This document shows positions 42,950 through 53,120 of a DNA stretch of 64,000 nucleotides, one piece after another (the first letter of the stretch is position 1; each line of letters opens with the position of its first letter). The stretch covers positions 352,001-416,000 of the forward strand of contig CAVSGP010000004.1 in NCBI GenBank assembly GCA_963727505.1, read 5' to 3'. The position numbers and the translations under genes are program-made. Under the pieces are notes generated by a model that had not been told where the DNA came from, did not search any database, and was given only the letters and a program-made list of their open reading frames with translations. This stretch comes from an uncultured Trueperaceae bacterium (lineage in GTDB: Bacteria; Deinococcota; Deinococci; Deinococcales; Trueperaceae).

Positions 42950-43600
42950 CTACGGCCCGAACAGGCGGGCCTGGGCAACCGGCGCGAACGTGCGGCGGTG
43001 CTCCGGGCAGGGCCCGAGCCGCGACAGCGCCGCGAGGTGCTCGGGGGAACCGTAGCCCTTGTGGGCCCCGAAGCCGTACGCCGGGTAACGACCGGCCAAG
43101 GCTCGCATCCGCTCGTCCCGGACCGTCTTGGCGAGGATGCTGGCGGCGGCCACCTGCAGGCTGCGGCCGTCGGCTCGGGGCACGGCGAGCTCCGCCAGCC
43201 CGGCGCCCAGTCTCAGGTAATCGGTCACCAGCGCACTCGGCACCACGGTGGCAGCCAGCCCTGCGACCGCCCGACGCGAGGCCAGGCGCGTGGCCTCCAG
43301 GATGTTGAGCCGGTCGATCTCCTCGGGACTGGCTTCCGCCACGCACCAGGCCAGCGCGCTGTCGCGCACCCGTAGCGCGAGCTCCTCACGCCGGCGGGGT
43401 GAGAGCACCTTCGAGTCGCGGAAGGGGTGCTCCCCCGGCGGCAGCACGACCGCGGCGGCCACCACCGGTCCGGCCAGCGCGCCACGGCCCGCCTCGTCGA
43501 CGCCGGCCACCGGCGTGTAGCCGCGCTGCCACAGCAGGGCCTCCAGGGACCACGAGGGGAGCGCGGCGGCGCGACGGTAGGCCGGCGGCGCCGTCGTCAC
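42950..43600 (-). CDS. rnhB: Ribonuclease HII
   Basis: [36 protein letters not shown]. Confidence 0.95.
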   Translation of the reverse strand: MTTAPPAYRRAAALPSWSLEALLWQRGYTPVAGVDEAGRGALAGPVVAAAVVLPPGEHPFRDSKVLSPRRREELALRVRDSALAWCVAEASPEEIDRLNILEATRLASRRAVAGLAATVVPSALVTDYLRLGAGLAELAVPRADGRSLQVAAASILAKTVRDERMRALAGRYPAYGFGAHKGYGSPEHLAALSRLGPCPEHRRTFAPVAQARLFGP

Positions 43601-44772
43601 ACGCTGCCGACGGCCACGCCGTCGTCGGTGGACGCCGGTACGTTCGCGGGGATGGTGAAGAAGAAGGTGCTGCCGCGCCCGACCTTCGACTCCACCCAGA
43701 TGCGGCCGCCGTGCTTCTCGACGGCGAGCTTGCAGAAGGTGAGGCCCATGCCGGTGTCGTAGCGGTCGTGAACGGTGTGGCGCGACTGCTCGAAGGCGTT
43801 GAAAACACGCTTCTGGTCGGCCTCGGGGATGCCCTCGCCGTCGTCGCGCACGCTGAGCACGAAGTCGTCGTCCTGCTTCCAGGCCCGGAAGTCGATGTAG
43901 CCGCCGCGGCGGGTGTGCTTGATGGCGTTCGCCATGAGGTTGGCCAGCACGCGCCGGAGCAGTTTGGGGTCGGCCTGCAGGCTCTCCGCCTCGGGGCGCA
44001 CCAGGAAGCCGAAGTTGCGATCGCGCGGTCCGCCGCTGACGTCGCCCAGCGACTCCTTCGCGAGGTCGGTGAGGCTGGAAATGGCCTGCGGCTCGAAGGG
44101 CATGTGCCCTTCCTTCATGCGCCGCACGTCGAGGATGTTCGCCGCGAGGTTCAGCAAGTGTTGCGACTCGCTGCGTGCCAGCCCCAGCAACTCCTCGATG
44201 CCCGTCTCACCGGGATCGGCCTTGATCATCTCCAGGCTGTGGTCGAGCAGCCCCATGACGCTCGCGATGGGGCTCTTGAGGTCGTGGACCAGCATGTGGA
44301 TGAGGTCGTCCTTGACGCGCTCGCTCTCCTTGTAGGCCTGTTCGAAGCTGCGGGAGTGCTCCAGCGTCTCGCGGAGCGTCCTCTCCATCTGGTGCCGGTC
44401 GAGCAGCCGCTCCAGGTGCGCCTTCACCACCTCGGGTCGGGTAGGCAGCGCCAGGTAGGCGTCGGCACCGGAGTGCATGACACCCGCATGCACCTGGGGG
44501 TCGGGGGGCCCGAGGTAGATGAAGGGCACCTCGGCCAGGGCCTTGCGCCGCCGCAGCAGCGCCACCAGGTCGAGCTGGGGCACCTTGGCCGCCAACCCAT
44601 GCTCGAGCACCAGCGCGGTCGGGACCGACACGCGCGTGTGGTAGAGAAGCTCCTCCACGTCGCTGAACATGGTGGCCGCCAGGCCCATCTCCGTGACCAC
44701 GCCCCGGAGCCCCTCACCACGCTCCTCGGTGGTCATGGCGACGAGCACGTAGGGCTGCTGGGCCACGGTCAT
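43597..44772 (-). CDS. Soluble histidine kinase with an N-terminal receiver-like domain
   Basis: H-box HDLKSP, N-box [10 protein letters not shown]1 DDGEGI, G2 TGMGL; N-terminal GADAYL. Confidence 0.9.
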   Translation of the reverse strand: MTVAQQPYVLVAMTTEERGEGLRGVVTEMGLAATMFSDVEELLYHTRVSVPTALVLEHGLAAKVPQLDLVALLRRRKALAEVPFIYLGPPDPQVHAGVMHSGADAYLALPTRPEVVKAHLERLLDRHQMERTLRETLEHSRSFEQAYKESERVKDDLIHMLVHDLKSPIASVMGLLDHSLEMIKADPGETGIEELLGLARSESQHLLNLAANILDVRRMKEGHMPFEPQAISSLTDLAKESLGDVSGGPRDRNFGFLVRPEAESLQADPKLLRRVLANLMANAIKHTRRGGYIDFRAWKQDDDFVLSVRDDGEGIPEADQKRVFNAFEQSRHTVHDRYDTGMGLTFCKLAVEKHGGRIWVESKVGRGSTFFFTIPANVPASTDDGVAVGSV

Positions 44773-44892
44773 CGTGCAGATCATACCAGGGCACCGGCAC
44801 GTCCCCAGGGCGAAAACTTCGCGTCTGGCGCGAGCGCGCTCGCGCAGTCGCCAGCGCCCCGGAGCCGGCTCGGGGGACTGCTAGCATGAGGC

Positions 44893-47340
44893 GTGCTCCC
44901 CGCGGGCCTTCACTTGGGATTTCCCTGGGCGCTGCTGGCGTTGCCGCTGCTCCTGCTCCTGCCGCGGCGGCCCTGGTGGTGGCTGAGGGCACTGGGACTG
45001 GCGCTGCTGGTGGTGGCCCTGGCCCAGCCTTCGCTGCCCAAGGCAGGCGGGAGCCTCGCCGTGCTGGTCGACGTCTCCGACAGCGTCGGCAACGGCGCCC
45101 TGCAGGCCGTTCGGGCGCTCGATCGCCGCGGTGCGGCCGCCCGTCCCGAGGTCTTCTATCTCGCCGGCGACGCCGCCCGCGTGCCGACCCTGAGCGCCGA
45201 AGTGCCTTCGGTCCTCACGACCGGATCGACCGACCTGGCGCGCGCCCTGCAGGTGGCGGCGGCCTCGGGAGCGCGCCGGGCGCTCCTGGTGAGCGACGGC
45301 GTCCAGTCGAGTGGGAACGCCCTGGACGCCCTTCCCGACATCCCCATCGATACGCTGACGGTGCCCCGCCGGCCCAATGCGCGCCTGTCGCAGCTCCTCG
45401 CTCCCGACCAGGCGGCGCCCGGCCAGAAGGTCCAGGTCGTCGCCGTCGTCGACAGCGATCGTGCCGGCACCGTGACCCTGCGGCCGAGCGTCGACGGGCG
45501 CGTCCTCGATCCCATCACGAAGGACGTCGCCAAGGGACGCACCGCCATCCCGTTCAGTTTCCAGGTGGGCACCGACGCCTCCTCCGTGGAGGTCGATGCC
45601 TCGCTCGCCGCCGACTTCGCGCAGCCGACGGCCGACGACGCCCAGCGCACCGAGATCACGGTGCGGGCGAAGCCCCCCGTCCTGATCATCGGCGACCCCG
45701 CCCTCGCCAGGCTGCTCGGCGCGCAGGGCATCGACGTGCGCAACGGAACGGTCGCCGACATCAAGGCGCCGCTCGACGCCGGTGCCGTGGTGCTGCGCGG
45801 GAGCGCGGCCCAGTTCACCCCGGGCCAGCTCGTGTTCCTCAAGCAGTACGTGGAGAGCGGCGGCGGCCTCTGGATGACCGGAGGGCCGCACAGCTTCGGG
45901 CTCGGCGGCTGGTACCGCACACCGGTCGAGGACGTGCTCCCCGTCACCACCGACGTTCGCACCGAGGTCACCCTCCCGCAGGTGGCGATGGTCATCATCC
46001 TGGACCACTCCCAGTCGATGAGCGCGGGCTCGCCTTCGAAGCTGGAGCTCGCCAAGCGGGGGGCCGTCAAAGTGGTCGAGCTCGCCTACCAGGAGGACCT
46101 GATCGGCCTGATCGCCTTCAGCGACCCGTCGAGCACCAGCTGGGTGTTCCAGCTGCGCAAGGCGACCGAGCGGGGCAAACGCGAGATGCTGCAGGGCATC
46201 CTCGGCATCGCCACGGCCGGCGGCACCGTCCTCGGCCCCGCCTATACCGACGCCCTGGACGCGCTGCGCAAGGCGCGCGCCTCGGTCAAGCACATCATCA
46301 TCCTGTCCGACGGCAAGCTCTACGACGGGCAGGGACCGTTCAACAGCGGCCCCGCGACCGACTTCGGCGCGCTGGCGTCGCGCGCCCGCGCCGACGGCAT
46401 CACCACCTCCACCATCGCCATCGGCGACGCCGCCGATTTCCAGCGACTCGCGGCCATCGCGCAAGCGGGCGGCGGCCGGTACTACCAGGCGTTGGACGCC
46501 AACACGCTCCCGTCCATCTTCACCAACGAGGCGCTCACCGCCACGCGCAAGCTTCTGGTAGAAGATCCGACCGTACCGCAAGCCCGCCCCAACGCGCTGC
46601 TGCAGTTCCCCAACGCACTACCGCAGGTCGACGCCTACGTCGCGACCAGCCTCCGGCCGGACGCCCAGGGGCTGCTCGAGGGCAAGCGTCAGGAACCGAT
46701 CCTGGCCATCCGGCACGTCGGCCTGGGGCGCACGGCGGCGCTCACCACCGACCTCAACCAGTGGGCCGGGCCGTTCGGCGCGTGGCCGGGCCTGCCCGGC
46801 GATCTCGCGACCCTCACGCGCTGGCTCCAGGCGAGCCCGCTCGTGTACCAGGCGCGCGCGAAGCGCGACGGCAACGGATTGCAGGTCGTGGTGGACGCCG
46901 TCAAGGGCGGCCAGTACGTCAACAACAAGTCGCTCACGGCGCGTTTCGCCGGCAACGCCGCGACCATGGAACAGGTCGCCCCGGGCCGCTACCAGGCCCG
47001 TCTCCCCTATGGTGCCGGGAGTCGCGGTGACGTGGTGGTCTCCGAAGGCTCCGAGGTGGTTGCCCGGGCCGGCGTCGGCGGCCCCGACCCGGAGTTCACC
47101 GACACCGATGGGACCGCTCTGCTGGCCGAGATCGCGCAGCGCACGGGCGGCAACGTGGTGACGCCCTCCGAGGTCTACGCGCCGTCGGTGGGCGGTGGCC
47201 GCTTGCCGCTGTGGCCTCCGTTGACCATGGCGGCGGCGCTGCTGTTCCTGCTGGAGCTGCTGGCTCGGCGGTTGGGACCGCGGGCCGAGCGCCGCGACGG
47301 CCGACGCAAACGCGGCGCGCAGGGCGCCGCGTCGGACTGA
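44893..47340 (+). CDS. Membrane-anchored vWA domain protein with a GATase-like segment
   Basis: MIDAS-like DVSDS and DHSQS motifs, GGGLWMTGGPHSFGLGGW, LSDG; N- and C-terminal TM segments. Confidence 0.82.
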   Translation: MLPAGLHLGFPWALLALPLLLLLPRRPWWWLRALGLALLVVALAQPSLPKAGGSLAVLVDVSDSVGNGALQAVRALDRRGAAARPEVFYLAGDAARVPTLSAEVPSVLTTGSTDLARALQVAAASGARRALLVSDGVQSSGNALDALPDIPIDTLTVPRRPNARLSQLLAPDQAAPGQKVQVVAVVDSDRAGTVTLRPSVDGRVLDPITKDVAKGRTAIPFSFQVGTDASSVEVDASLAADFAQPTADDAQRTEITVRAKPPVLIIGDPALARLLGAQGIDVRNGTVADIKAPLDAGAVVLRGSAAQFTPGQLVFLKQYVESGGGLWMTGGPHSFGLGGWYRTPVEDVLPVTTDVRTEVTLPQVAMVIILDHSQSMSAGSPSKLELAKRGAVKVVELAYQEDLIGLIAFSDPSSTSWVFQLRKATERGKREMLQGILGIATAGGTVLGPAYTDALDALRKARASVKHIIILSDGKLYDGQGPFNSGPATDFGALASRARADGITTSTIAIGDAADFQRLAAIAQAGGGRYYQALDANTLPSIFTNEALTATRKLLVEDPTVPQARPNALLQFPNALPQVDAYVATSLRPDAQGLLEGKRQEPILAIRHVGLGRTAALTTDLNQWAGPFGAWPGLPGDLATLTRWLQASPLVYQARAKRDGNGLQVVVDAVKGGQYVNNKSLTARFAGNAATMEQVAPGRYQARLPYGAGSRGDVVVSEGSEVVARAGVGGPDPEFTDTDGTALLAEIAQRTGGNVVTPSEVYAPSVGGGRLPLWPPLTMAAALLFLLELLARRLGPRAERRDGRRKRGAQGAASD

Positions 47341-47364
47341 CCTGCGCCGCGACCGGCCCTTCGC

Positions 47365-48510
47365 TCAGGCGTCTCGCTCGTCATCGTCCCCAGCTCCCTC
47401 ATCTTCCGCTCCCTCGTCCCCAGCGGCGCCGCCACCCGGTTCAACCGGGGCGTCCACGTCGACTTTCATCAGCTCACGCAGCACCACCGTGGCGTAACTC
47501 CCCTTGGGGAGCAGGAAGGCCACGGCGAGTGCGCCGTCGTCCTCCCGAACATCGACCTCTTCGAGCACCAACCGGCTCGGACGGCGGTCGCCCCGACGGG
47601 AGCCGAAGGCGCTCCAACGCAACCCGAAATGCTCCAGGATGCGGGCCTCCAGCGCGCCGGCCTCGTCCTCGGAGAGGCGGACACGGCGCCCGTAGAGCGG
47701 CAGCGTGGCGCTGATCTCCAGACGGGCCGCTCGCGCGGACTCCAGCGCCCCATCCTCGACCCGGAACACGCCGCCGGTATCGTGCTTGCGCGCCCAGTCT
47801 CCGGTGATCACGCTGCGGTACAGCCCGCCCTCGATGCGTTCGGCCAACATGGCATTGAACAGCAGCGATTGGAGCGCCGACACGAAGAACCGGCGCAGCC
47901 GATGCCCCCCGGGCACGCGCTCGCCGCGAAGCACCCGCAGCCCGTCGACGGCATTGTTGCCGAAGCGGCCGAAGCGTTGCGGCCCGAAGTAGTTGGGAGC
48001 GCCACGCTCGGCCAGCGCCTGCAATACGGCGCGCGCCCGCTCCGGCGCCACCGCGGCATCGTCGACGTCACGGATCGTCACGACGAAGCGGTTGCCCCGC
48101 AAGTGACCGATGCCGAGCTTGTTGCGATGGTAGGCGCGCTCCAGCACACGGACCCCCGGCAACGCCTCGAGGGCGGCCGCTGCCGCTTCGCCGCGCTTGG
48201 GGATGCTGATCCACTGCACGGTCACGGCACTCTTGTCCTTCAACCCGGCCACGCCGATCTCGTTCTCGCGCAAGCCGTGACGCATCAGCGCGGCGACCAG
48301 ATCGCGCGTGGTGAGGTTGCGCTTCTCGACCCTCAGGTAGAGGTGCGACCCGCTGCCCTGCGGCAGATAGGCGGGCACCTCCTCGACACGGAAGTCGTCG
48401 GGGCGTTGCCGGATGCGCCCCCCGGTGCCGGGCAAGTCCTCGGTCACGCTCGGAAGTTCGTGCCATCGGAAGCGCAAGCGAACGGGATCGACCGGCGGGA
48501 GCTCGCTCAC
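47365..48510 (-). CDS. truD: tRNA pseudouridine(13) synthase
   Basis: DFRVEE, AGLKDKSAVTVQ, GNRF, PNYFGPQRFG, LPKGSYATVVLREL. Confidence 0.95.
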   Translation of the reverse strand: MSELPPVDPVRLRFRWHELPSVTEDLPGTGGRIRQRPDDFRVEEVPAYLPQGSGSHLYLRVEKRNLTTRDLVAALMRHGLRENEIGVAGLKDKSAVTVQWISIPKRGEAAAAALEALPGVRVLERAYHRNKLGIGHLRGNRFVVTIRDVDDAAVAPERARAVLQALAERGAPNYFGPQRFGRFGNNAVDGLRVLRGERVPGGHRLRRFFVSALQSLLFNAMLAERIEGGLYRSVITGDWARKHDTGGVFRVEDGALESARAARLEISATLPLYGRRVRLSEDEAGALEARILEHFGLRWSAFGSRRGDRRPSRLVLEEVDVREDDGALAVAFLLPKGSYATVVLRELMKVDVDAPVEPGGGAAGDEGAEDEGAGDDDERDA

Positions 48511-49151
48511 GCTTCCCTGCCGGAGGCGGCGCTGAGCTGCTCGCCCATCATCTTGCGGGCGAGCTCGAAGCGCTCGCGCAGTGATTCCGCCTCGAGCAGC
48601 ACCTGGCGCGACGCCAGCGGTACACGCATGTTGGCGCACACGAACGATGCCTGGTAGAGCGGCTCCTCCGGAAGATTGGCCTCGACCTGTGCCACCGCGC
48701 CGTCGGCGAAGTACGCCGACGCGTACTCGCGGAAGGTGTCGAGCGCGTCCCAGGCCGCTACCTGCTCCTGGTTCGGGTCGTCGCGTCCGATCGGCGTCGG
48801 AACGTCGTCCAAGAAGAACAGCGGTCGGTGGCCGCCGTCCACCTCCTGCACGTCCTCGCGCCGCAGCACGTCGACCCGGCAGCGCTCCTGGCCATGCACC
48901 AGAAGATCGAAGGTGCCGTCTGCGTTCTCCTGCACGCTCAGGATGTCGACCAGCGCCCCCATGTCGGCGATCCCGACCGGCGTGTCACGGATCGGTGCGT
49001 TGTGCGTGACCAGCACCACCACGAAGCGCTTGTGCTCCTGCTCCAAGCAGAAGCGCACCAGACGCTTGTAGCGTTCCTCGAAGACGTGGATCGGCACGGT
49101 CATGCCGGGGAACACCACGGCCTCGAGCGGGAACAGCGGGACCTCGGCCAC
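48507..49151 (-). CDS. Lon N-terminal substrate-binding domain protein
   Basis: PLFPLEAVVFPG..IHVFEERY, RQVLLE. Confidence 0.85.
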   Translation of the reverse strand: MAEVPLFPLEAVVFPGMTVPIHVFEERYKRLVRFCLEQEHKRFVVVLVTHNAPIRDTPVGIADMGALVDILSVQENADGTFDLLVHGQERCRVDVLRREDVQEVDGGHRPLFFLDDVPTPIGRDDPNQEQVAAWDALDTFREYASAYFADGAVAQVEANLPEEPLYQASFVCANMRVPLASRQVLLEAESLRERFELARKMMGEQLSAASGREA

Positions 49152-49220
49152 GCCTGCTACGGTAACAGGTCCGCTCGGCAGCACCGTTCCCCGGCACCCG
49201 GTCGCGCGGGGGTCGCGGGT

Positions 49221-50093
49221 TCAGCCGTGCAGAGCCAGACCGCCGACGATGCCGAGCAGGATCAGGAGTCCCACCACGAGGTTGGCGTTGAACGACCGCA
49301 GCACTACCGCGGGATCGAGCCTGCGTACCGCCACCTGCTCGTAGATCAGCACCGCAGCGGTAGCCGCGAGCGCCAGGCCGTAAGGCCATCCCAGATCGAC
49401 CCACAGCAACACGGCGGCCAGCGCCAGGAAGCTCACCAGGTGCGCTCCGGCCGACACCGCGAGGGCTCGCCGCACGCCGAAGCGCGCCGGGATGCTGTGC
49501 AAGCCCGCGCTTCGGTCGAACGACAGGTCGAGCACGCCGTAGATGATGTCGAAGCCGGCGATCCAGGTGCCCACGGCCAGCCACAGGGCCACGGCGGTGT
49601 AGGAGAACGCACCCGTCACCGCGATCCACCCGCCGGCGGCCGCAGCGCCGATGGTGGCGCCGAGCCAGAAGTGGCACAGCCAGGTGAAGCGCTTGAGGTA
49701 GGGGTAGACGACCAGGAAGGCCACGGCGAGCGGCAACAGCGCCAACGTCAGAGGGTTGAGGAGCGCCCCCGCCACCGCCAGCAGCCCCAACCCCATCGCA
49801 GCCAGCACCAGCCCGTCGCGACGCGTGAGCCTGCCGGCCGGGATCTCACGGTCGCTCGTCCGGGGGTTCTTGGCATCGATGCGTGCGTCGATGACGCGGT
49901 TCAGGGCCATGGCGGCGCTGCGTGCACCGATCATCGCCAGACTCACCAGGACGAACACACGCCAACCGGGCCAGCCGTCTGCCGCCAGCAGCATGCCGCC
50001 GTAAGCGAACGGCAGGGCGAAGAGGGTGTGCTCGAACTTGACGAAGGCGAGGTAGCGGCCCAGGGACCGCGTGCCGGGAGTCTCGCGTGTCAC
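49221..50093 (-). CDS. mqnP: UbiA-family menaquinone prenyltransferase (futalosine pathway, MqnP-like)
   Basis: KFEHTLFALPFA, NRVIDARIDAKNPRT..REIPAG, YPYLKRFT, GFDIIY, SIPARFG. Confidence 0.82.
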   Translation of the reverse strand: MTRETPGTRSLGRYLAFVKFEHTLFALPFAYGGMLLAADGWPGWRVFVLVSLAMIGARSAAMALNRVIDARIDAKNPRTSDREIPAGRLTRRDGLVLAAMGLGLLAVAGALLNPLTLALLPLAVAFLVVYPYLKRFTWLCHFWLGATIGAAAAGGWIAVTGAFSYTAVALWLAVGTWIAGFDIIYGVLDLSFDRSAGLHSIPARFGVRRALAVSAGAHLVSFLALAAVLLWVDLGWPYGLALAATAAVLIYEQVAVRRLDPAVVLRSFNANLVVGLLILLGIVGGLALHG

Positions 50094-50144
50094 GCCAAAG
50101 AGGCTACCACGCGTGCAACGCCGCGAGCGTCCCCGGGCAGCGCG

Positions 50145-51560
50145 TCAGTGCTGCTTGGACGCTTCCTTGACCGCGTGGGTGCTGAAGCCGAAGGACGGCA
50201 GGTCAGGCTGCGCCGAGCCCTGCAGCACCGCGCGCGCCAGCCGACCGAGGGTCGTACCGCCGGTGTGAACGGGCATGGCCAGGCGCTGCTGCACTTCCCC
50301 CAGCGTGGTGTCGTCGAGGAAGGACTCGGTGCCGTACTTGAGCATGTTGGGCGAGAGGAGCAGGAGGTCGGCCTCGCGCGGCTCCACGGCGGCAAGGAGA
50401 TCCCGGCCGGCCAGCAGACCCGCCACCGTAGTGACCTCACCGAAGGTGCGGTTGGTCACCGTGCGCACCTCGAGATCGAGCCCTGGGATGGCGGCCAGCG
50501 GCGCGACCGCCCTGCTGAGCACGGGCGCGAAGAGGCGCCCCGTCGCGAGCACCACACGCCGTGGCGGATCGACGCGGTCGGGAAGTGCCGGTAGGCCCTC
50601 GTCCAGGAAGTCGCGCACCATGCCGATGCCGTTCTCCAGCATGGGGAACCCCTCGTAGGCGTCGGTGTCGGGCAACGGGACGCCGGCGCGCAGGTAGAAC
50701 TCGTCGCTGGCGAACACGAAGCGGGTGCCGCGCTCCGCGAGCATGCGCTGCTGGAAGGCATGGACCCGGCGCAGCACGTCCGCCGCCTGCTCGGGCGTGT
50801 GCGGCTCGAGCCGCGGCAGATGGTCGCGGTGCGCGGTCAGGCCGACGGGCACGGCAGCCACCGCCTGCACGTTAGGCCTGCCGGCGAGGTACTCCAGGGT
50901 GGACTGGAGATCCTCCTCGTCGTTGCGCCCCGGCAGCACCACCATCTGGGTGTAGAGGTCGATGGGCGCCAGACGCTCCATCATGGCGCGGAGGTGCAGC
51001 GCACCGGGGTGCGGCACCTTGTGCGGCCACGGCTTCATGAGACCGTCGCGCATGGCCTCGTCGGCACTGTGCACCGAGACGTACAGGGGGCTCAAGTGCT
51101 CGTCGAGGATGCGCTGGACGTCGTGCTCGGTGAGATTGGTCAGCGTCACGAACGAGCCATAGAGGAAGCTCGTGCGGAAGTCGTCGTCCATGATGTAGAG
51201 GCTCTTGCGCATGCCCTTGGGCATCTGGTGGATGTAGCAGAAGTCGCACTTGTTCGCGCACAGCCGGATGCCGTCGAAGATGACCTCGTCGAACTCGAGG
51301 CCGGGGTCCTCCCAGGACACATCGAAGGTGCTCACCCGGCCGCTCGTCGGCTCGCGCACCTCGACCGCGACGTCACCGCGCTCCAGCTCACGCCGGTACG
51401 CAAGCACGTCGGGGATGGCGCAGCCGTTGACGCGCAGCAGCTCCCAACCCGAGCGCACGCCCGCACGTTCCGCTGGCGAGCCCGGCTCGACCCGGACGAT
51501 CGCGGCCGGCGTGACCTCGAGGGGGCGGGGGGACTTGCGGCTGAGCACGACCTTCGGCAT
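50145..51560 (-). CDS. DUF512 family Fe-S/radical-SAM-like protein with an N-terminal PDZ-like domain
   Basis: VEPGSPAERAG, CANKCDFC (CxxxCxxC), SFLYGSFVTLTN, LENGIGM. Confidence 0.85.
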   Translation of the reverse strand: MPKVVLSRKSPRPLEVTPAAIVRVEPGSPAERAGVRSGWELLRVNGCAIPDVLAYRRELERGDVAVEVREPTSGRVSTFDVSWEDPGLEFDEVIFDGIRLCANKCDFCYIHQMPKGMRKSLYIMDDDFRTSFLYGSFVTLTNLTEHDVQRILDEHLSPLYVSVHSADEAMRDGLMKPWPHKVPHPGALHLRAMMERLAPIDLYTQMVVLPGRNDEEDLQSTLEYLAGRPNVQAVAAVPVGLTAHRDHLPRLEPHTPEQAADVLRRVHAFQQRMLAERGTRFVFASDEFYLRAGVPLPDTDAYEGFPMLENGIGMVRDFLDEGLPALPDRVDPPRRVVLATGRLFAPVLSRAVAPLAAIPGLDLEVRTVTNRTFGEVTTVAGLLAGRDLLAAVEPREADLLLLSPNMLKYGTESFLDDTTLGEVQQRLAMPVHTGGTTLGRLARAVLQGSAQPDLPSFGFSTHAVKEASKQH

Positions 51561-51618
51561 GACCGGTCATTCTAGCAGACGGCCTCGCGGGCCGGCGTCG
51601 CTGGGAGCGCGCAGGCGC

Positions 51619-52095
51619 CTACATGGCCTCGTCGGCGCTCTCGCCCGCGTCAGGGCGGTGGGAACGCGACGTGTCCGGCACGATGAAGCCATGGACCGGC
51701 GGCATCCCCTCGAAGCGCACGAAGCGGCCCTCATCGAAACGCTCGCCGCCGTCGTCCATCGCCGCGATGACCAGGGGTACGCCGCAATCGACGACGGTAA
51801 GGCGCCCCTCCCCCCCGATCACGCGACCGGCGCCGCGCAGCTCACCGAGCCCTGTCACCTCCAGCTCCACGTCCTCTCCCTCGGCCTCGGCGAGCCGTTC
51901 GACCATGGGGTTGAGGATGACGCGGTACGTCCCCGGTCCGGCGAGGTAGGGGCCGGTGCGATCGAGGAGCTGAAGGATCACCCCGTCGGCCATGCACTCG
52001 AGCAACGGCGAACCCTCGGTCCGCGCGAACAGCTGGACCTCGGCGGCGAACGCACGCCAGCGTTGGATGAACGCCTCGGGGGAGTCTTCGATCAT
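51619..52095 (-). CDS. Hypothetical protein
   Basis: 158-aa ORF filling the gap, with TAGAAT upstream; no motif recognised. Confidence 0.6.
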   Translation of the reverse strand: MIEDSPEAFIQRWRAFAAEVQLFARTEGSPLLECMADGVILQLLDRTGPYLAGPGTYRVILNPMVERLAEAEGEDVELEVTGLGELRGAGRVIGGEGRLTVVDCGVPLVIAAMDDGGERFDEGRFVRFEGMPPVHGFIVPDTSRSHRPDAGESADEAM

Positions 52096-52226
52096 GCCGT
52101 CGGCATTCTACCGCTGCAGCGGCGGTCCTTCGCTCCGCGGCGTCGCCACGCACGGCCGGTCGCGCTCGGCCGCCGCCGTGCTAAACTCGTTTCCGTGAAG
52201 CGACCGTTCACGAAGGCGCATTCATG

Positions 52227-52260
52227 AACTCCGTTCGGGTCCGGGTGAACGGAGTTTTTT
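52227..52260 (+). terminator. Intrinsic terminator within the 5' leader of the zinc-ribbon gene
   Basis: AACTCCGTTC-N10-GAACGGAGTT followed by TTTT. Confidence 0.7.
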
Positions 52261-52276
52261 ATTGTCTGGAGGCGGC

Positions 52277-52981
52277 ATGTTGGAGAAGTTGAGCGAAGTC
52301 CAGGGGTTCGACCTGCAGCTCGACGCCCTCCGGGAAGAGCGGGCGCAGACGCCGCCCGAGCTCCTGGAGACGCGCGAGAAGCGGCGCGACCTGGTGCGCC
52401 GCCTGGAGCGGAAGCAGCAGGAGCGCGACGATCTGCGCAAGCGGGTCGCGAGCACCGAGCTCGAGCTCAAGACCCTGCAGCAGAGGCGCAAGGATGCCTC
52501 CGAATCTTCCCTTCGCGCCAGCAGCGCCAAGGAAGCGTCGCAGTACCAGAACCAGGAGCTGCAGTTCGCTACGCGCGTGCAGGAGCTGGAGGAGGACGCG
52601 CTCCCGTTGATGGAGAGCCTCGAGACCTTGGAGCAGGAGGTGGACGGGCTCCAGGCCGAACTCGACGAGCTCCAGCCCACGCTCGACGCCATGGTCGCCG
52701 ACGAGGATGCCCGCGTCGCGGCGGTCGACGAGAAGACCGCGGACCTCAAGACGCAGCGCGACGTGCTGGCGGGCACGCTCGATCGGAGCCTGTTGAAACA
52801 GTACGAGCAGGTGCGCCGGGCGCGCCGCGGGCTGGGCCTGGTGGAGATCGTGGACAACCAGCGCTGCGGGGGCTGCAGCGTGCGTCTGCCGATCCACGTC
52901 ATCCAGAAGGCCCGCCGCGGCCGGGGCGTGGTGCGCTGCCCGAGTTGCGGGCGCATCCTGTGGCCGAAGGCCGACGGCTAG
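52277..52981 (+). CDS. Coiled-coil C4 zinc-ribbon protein (DUF164/CT398-like)
   Basis: Long coiled coil, then YEQVR, CGGC, CPSCGRIL; RBS GGAGG. Confidence 0.88.
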   Translation: MLEKLSEVQGFDLQLDALREERAQTPPELLETREKRRDLVRRLERKQQERDDLRKRVASTELELKTLQQRRKDASESSLRASSAKEASQYQNQELQFATRVQELEEDALPLMESLETLEQEVDGLQAELDELQPTLDAMVADEDARVAAVDEKTADLKTQRDVLAGTLDRSLLKQYEQVRRARRGLGLVEIVDNQRCGGCSVRLPIHVIQKARRGRGVVRCPSCGRILWPKADG

Positions 52982-53017
52982 ACCGACCCCAACGAGCCTT
53001 CGAACGCCACCACGGTC

Positions 53018-53047
53018 ACGGCCGGCGCCCCGAGGGGCGCCGGCCGT
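53018..53047. terminator. GC hairpin between convergent genes
   Basis: ACGGCCGGCGCCC-CGAG-GGGCGCCGGCCGT. Confidence 0.5.
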
Positions 53048-53120
53048 CGTCTTGCGTGCTCTCGGTTCCGCCAGGTCCTGGGCCCGTCCCGGCGCGGCCT
53101 GTCCTGGCGGGCCGGAACGG

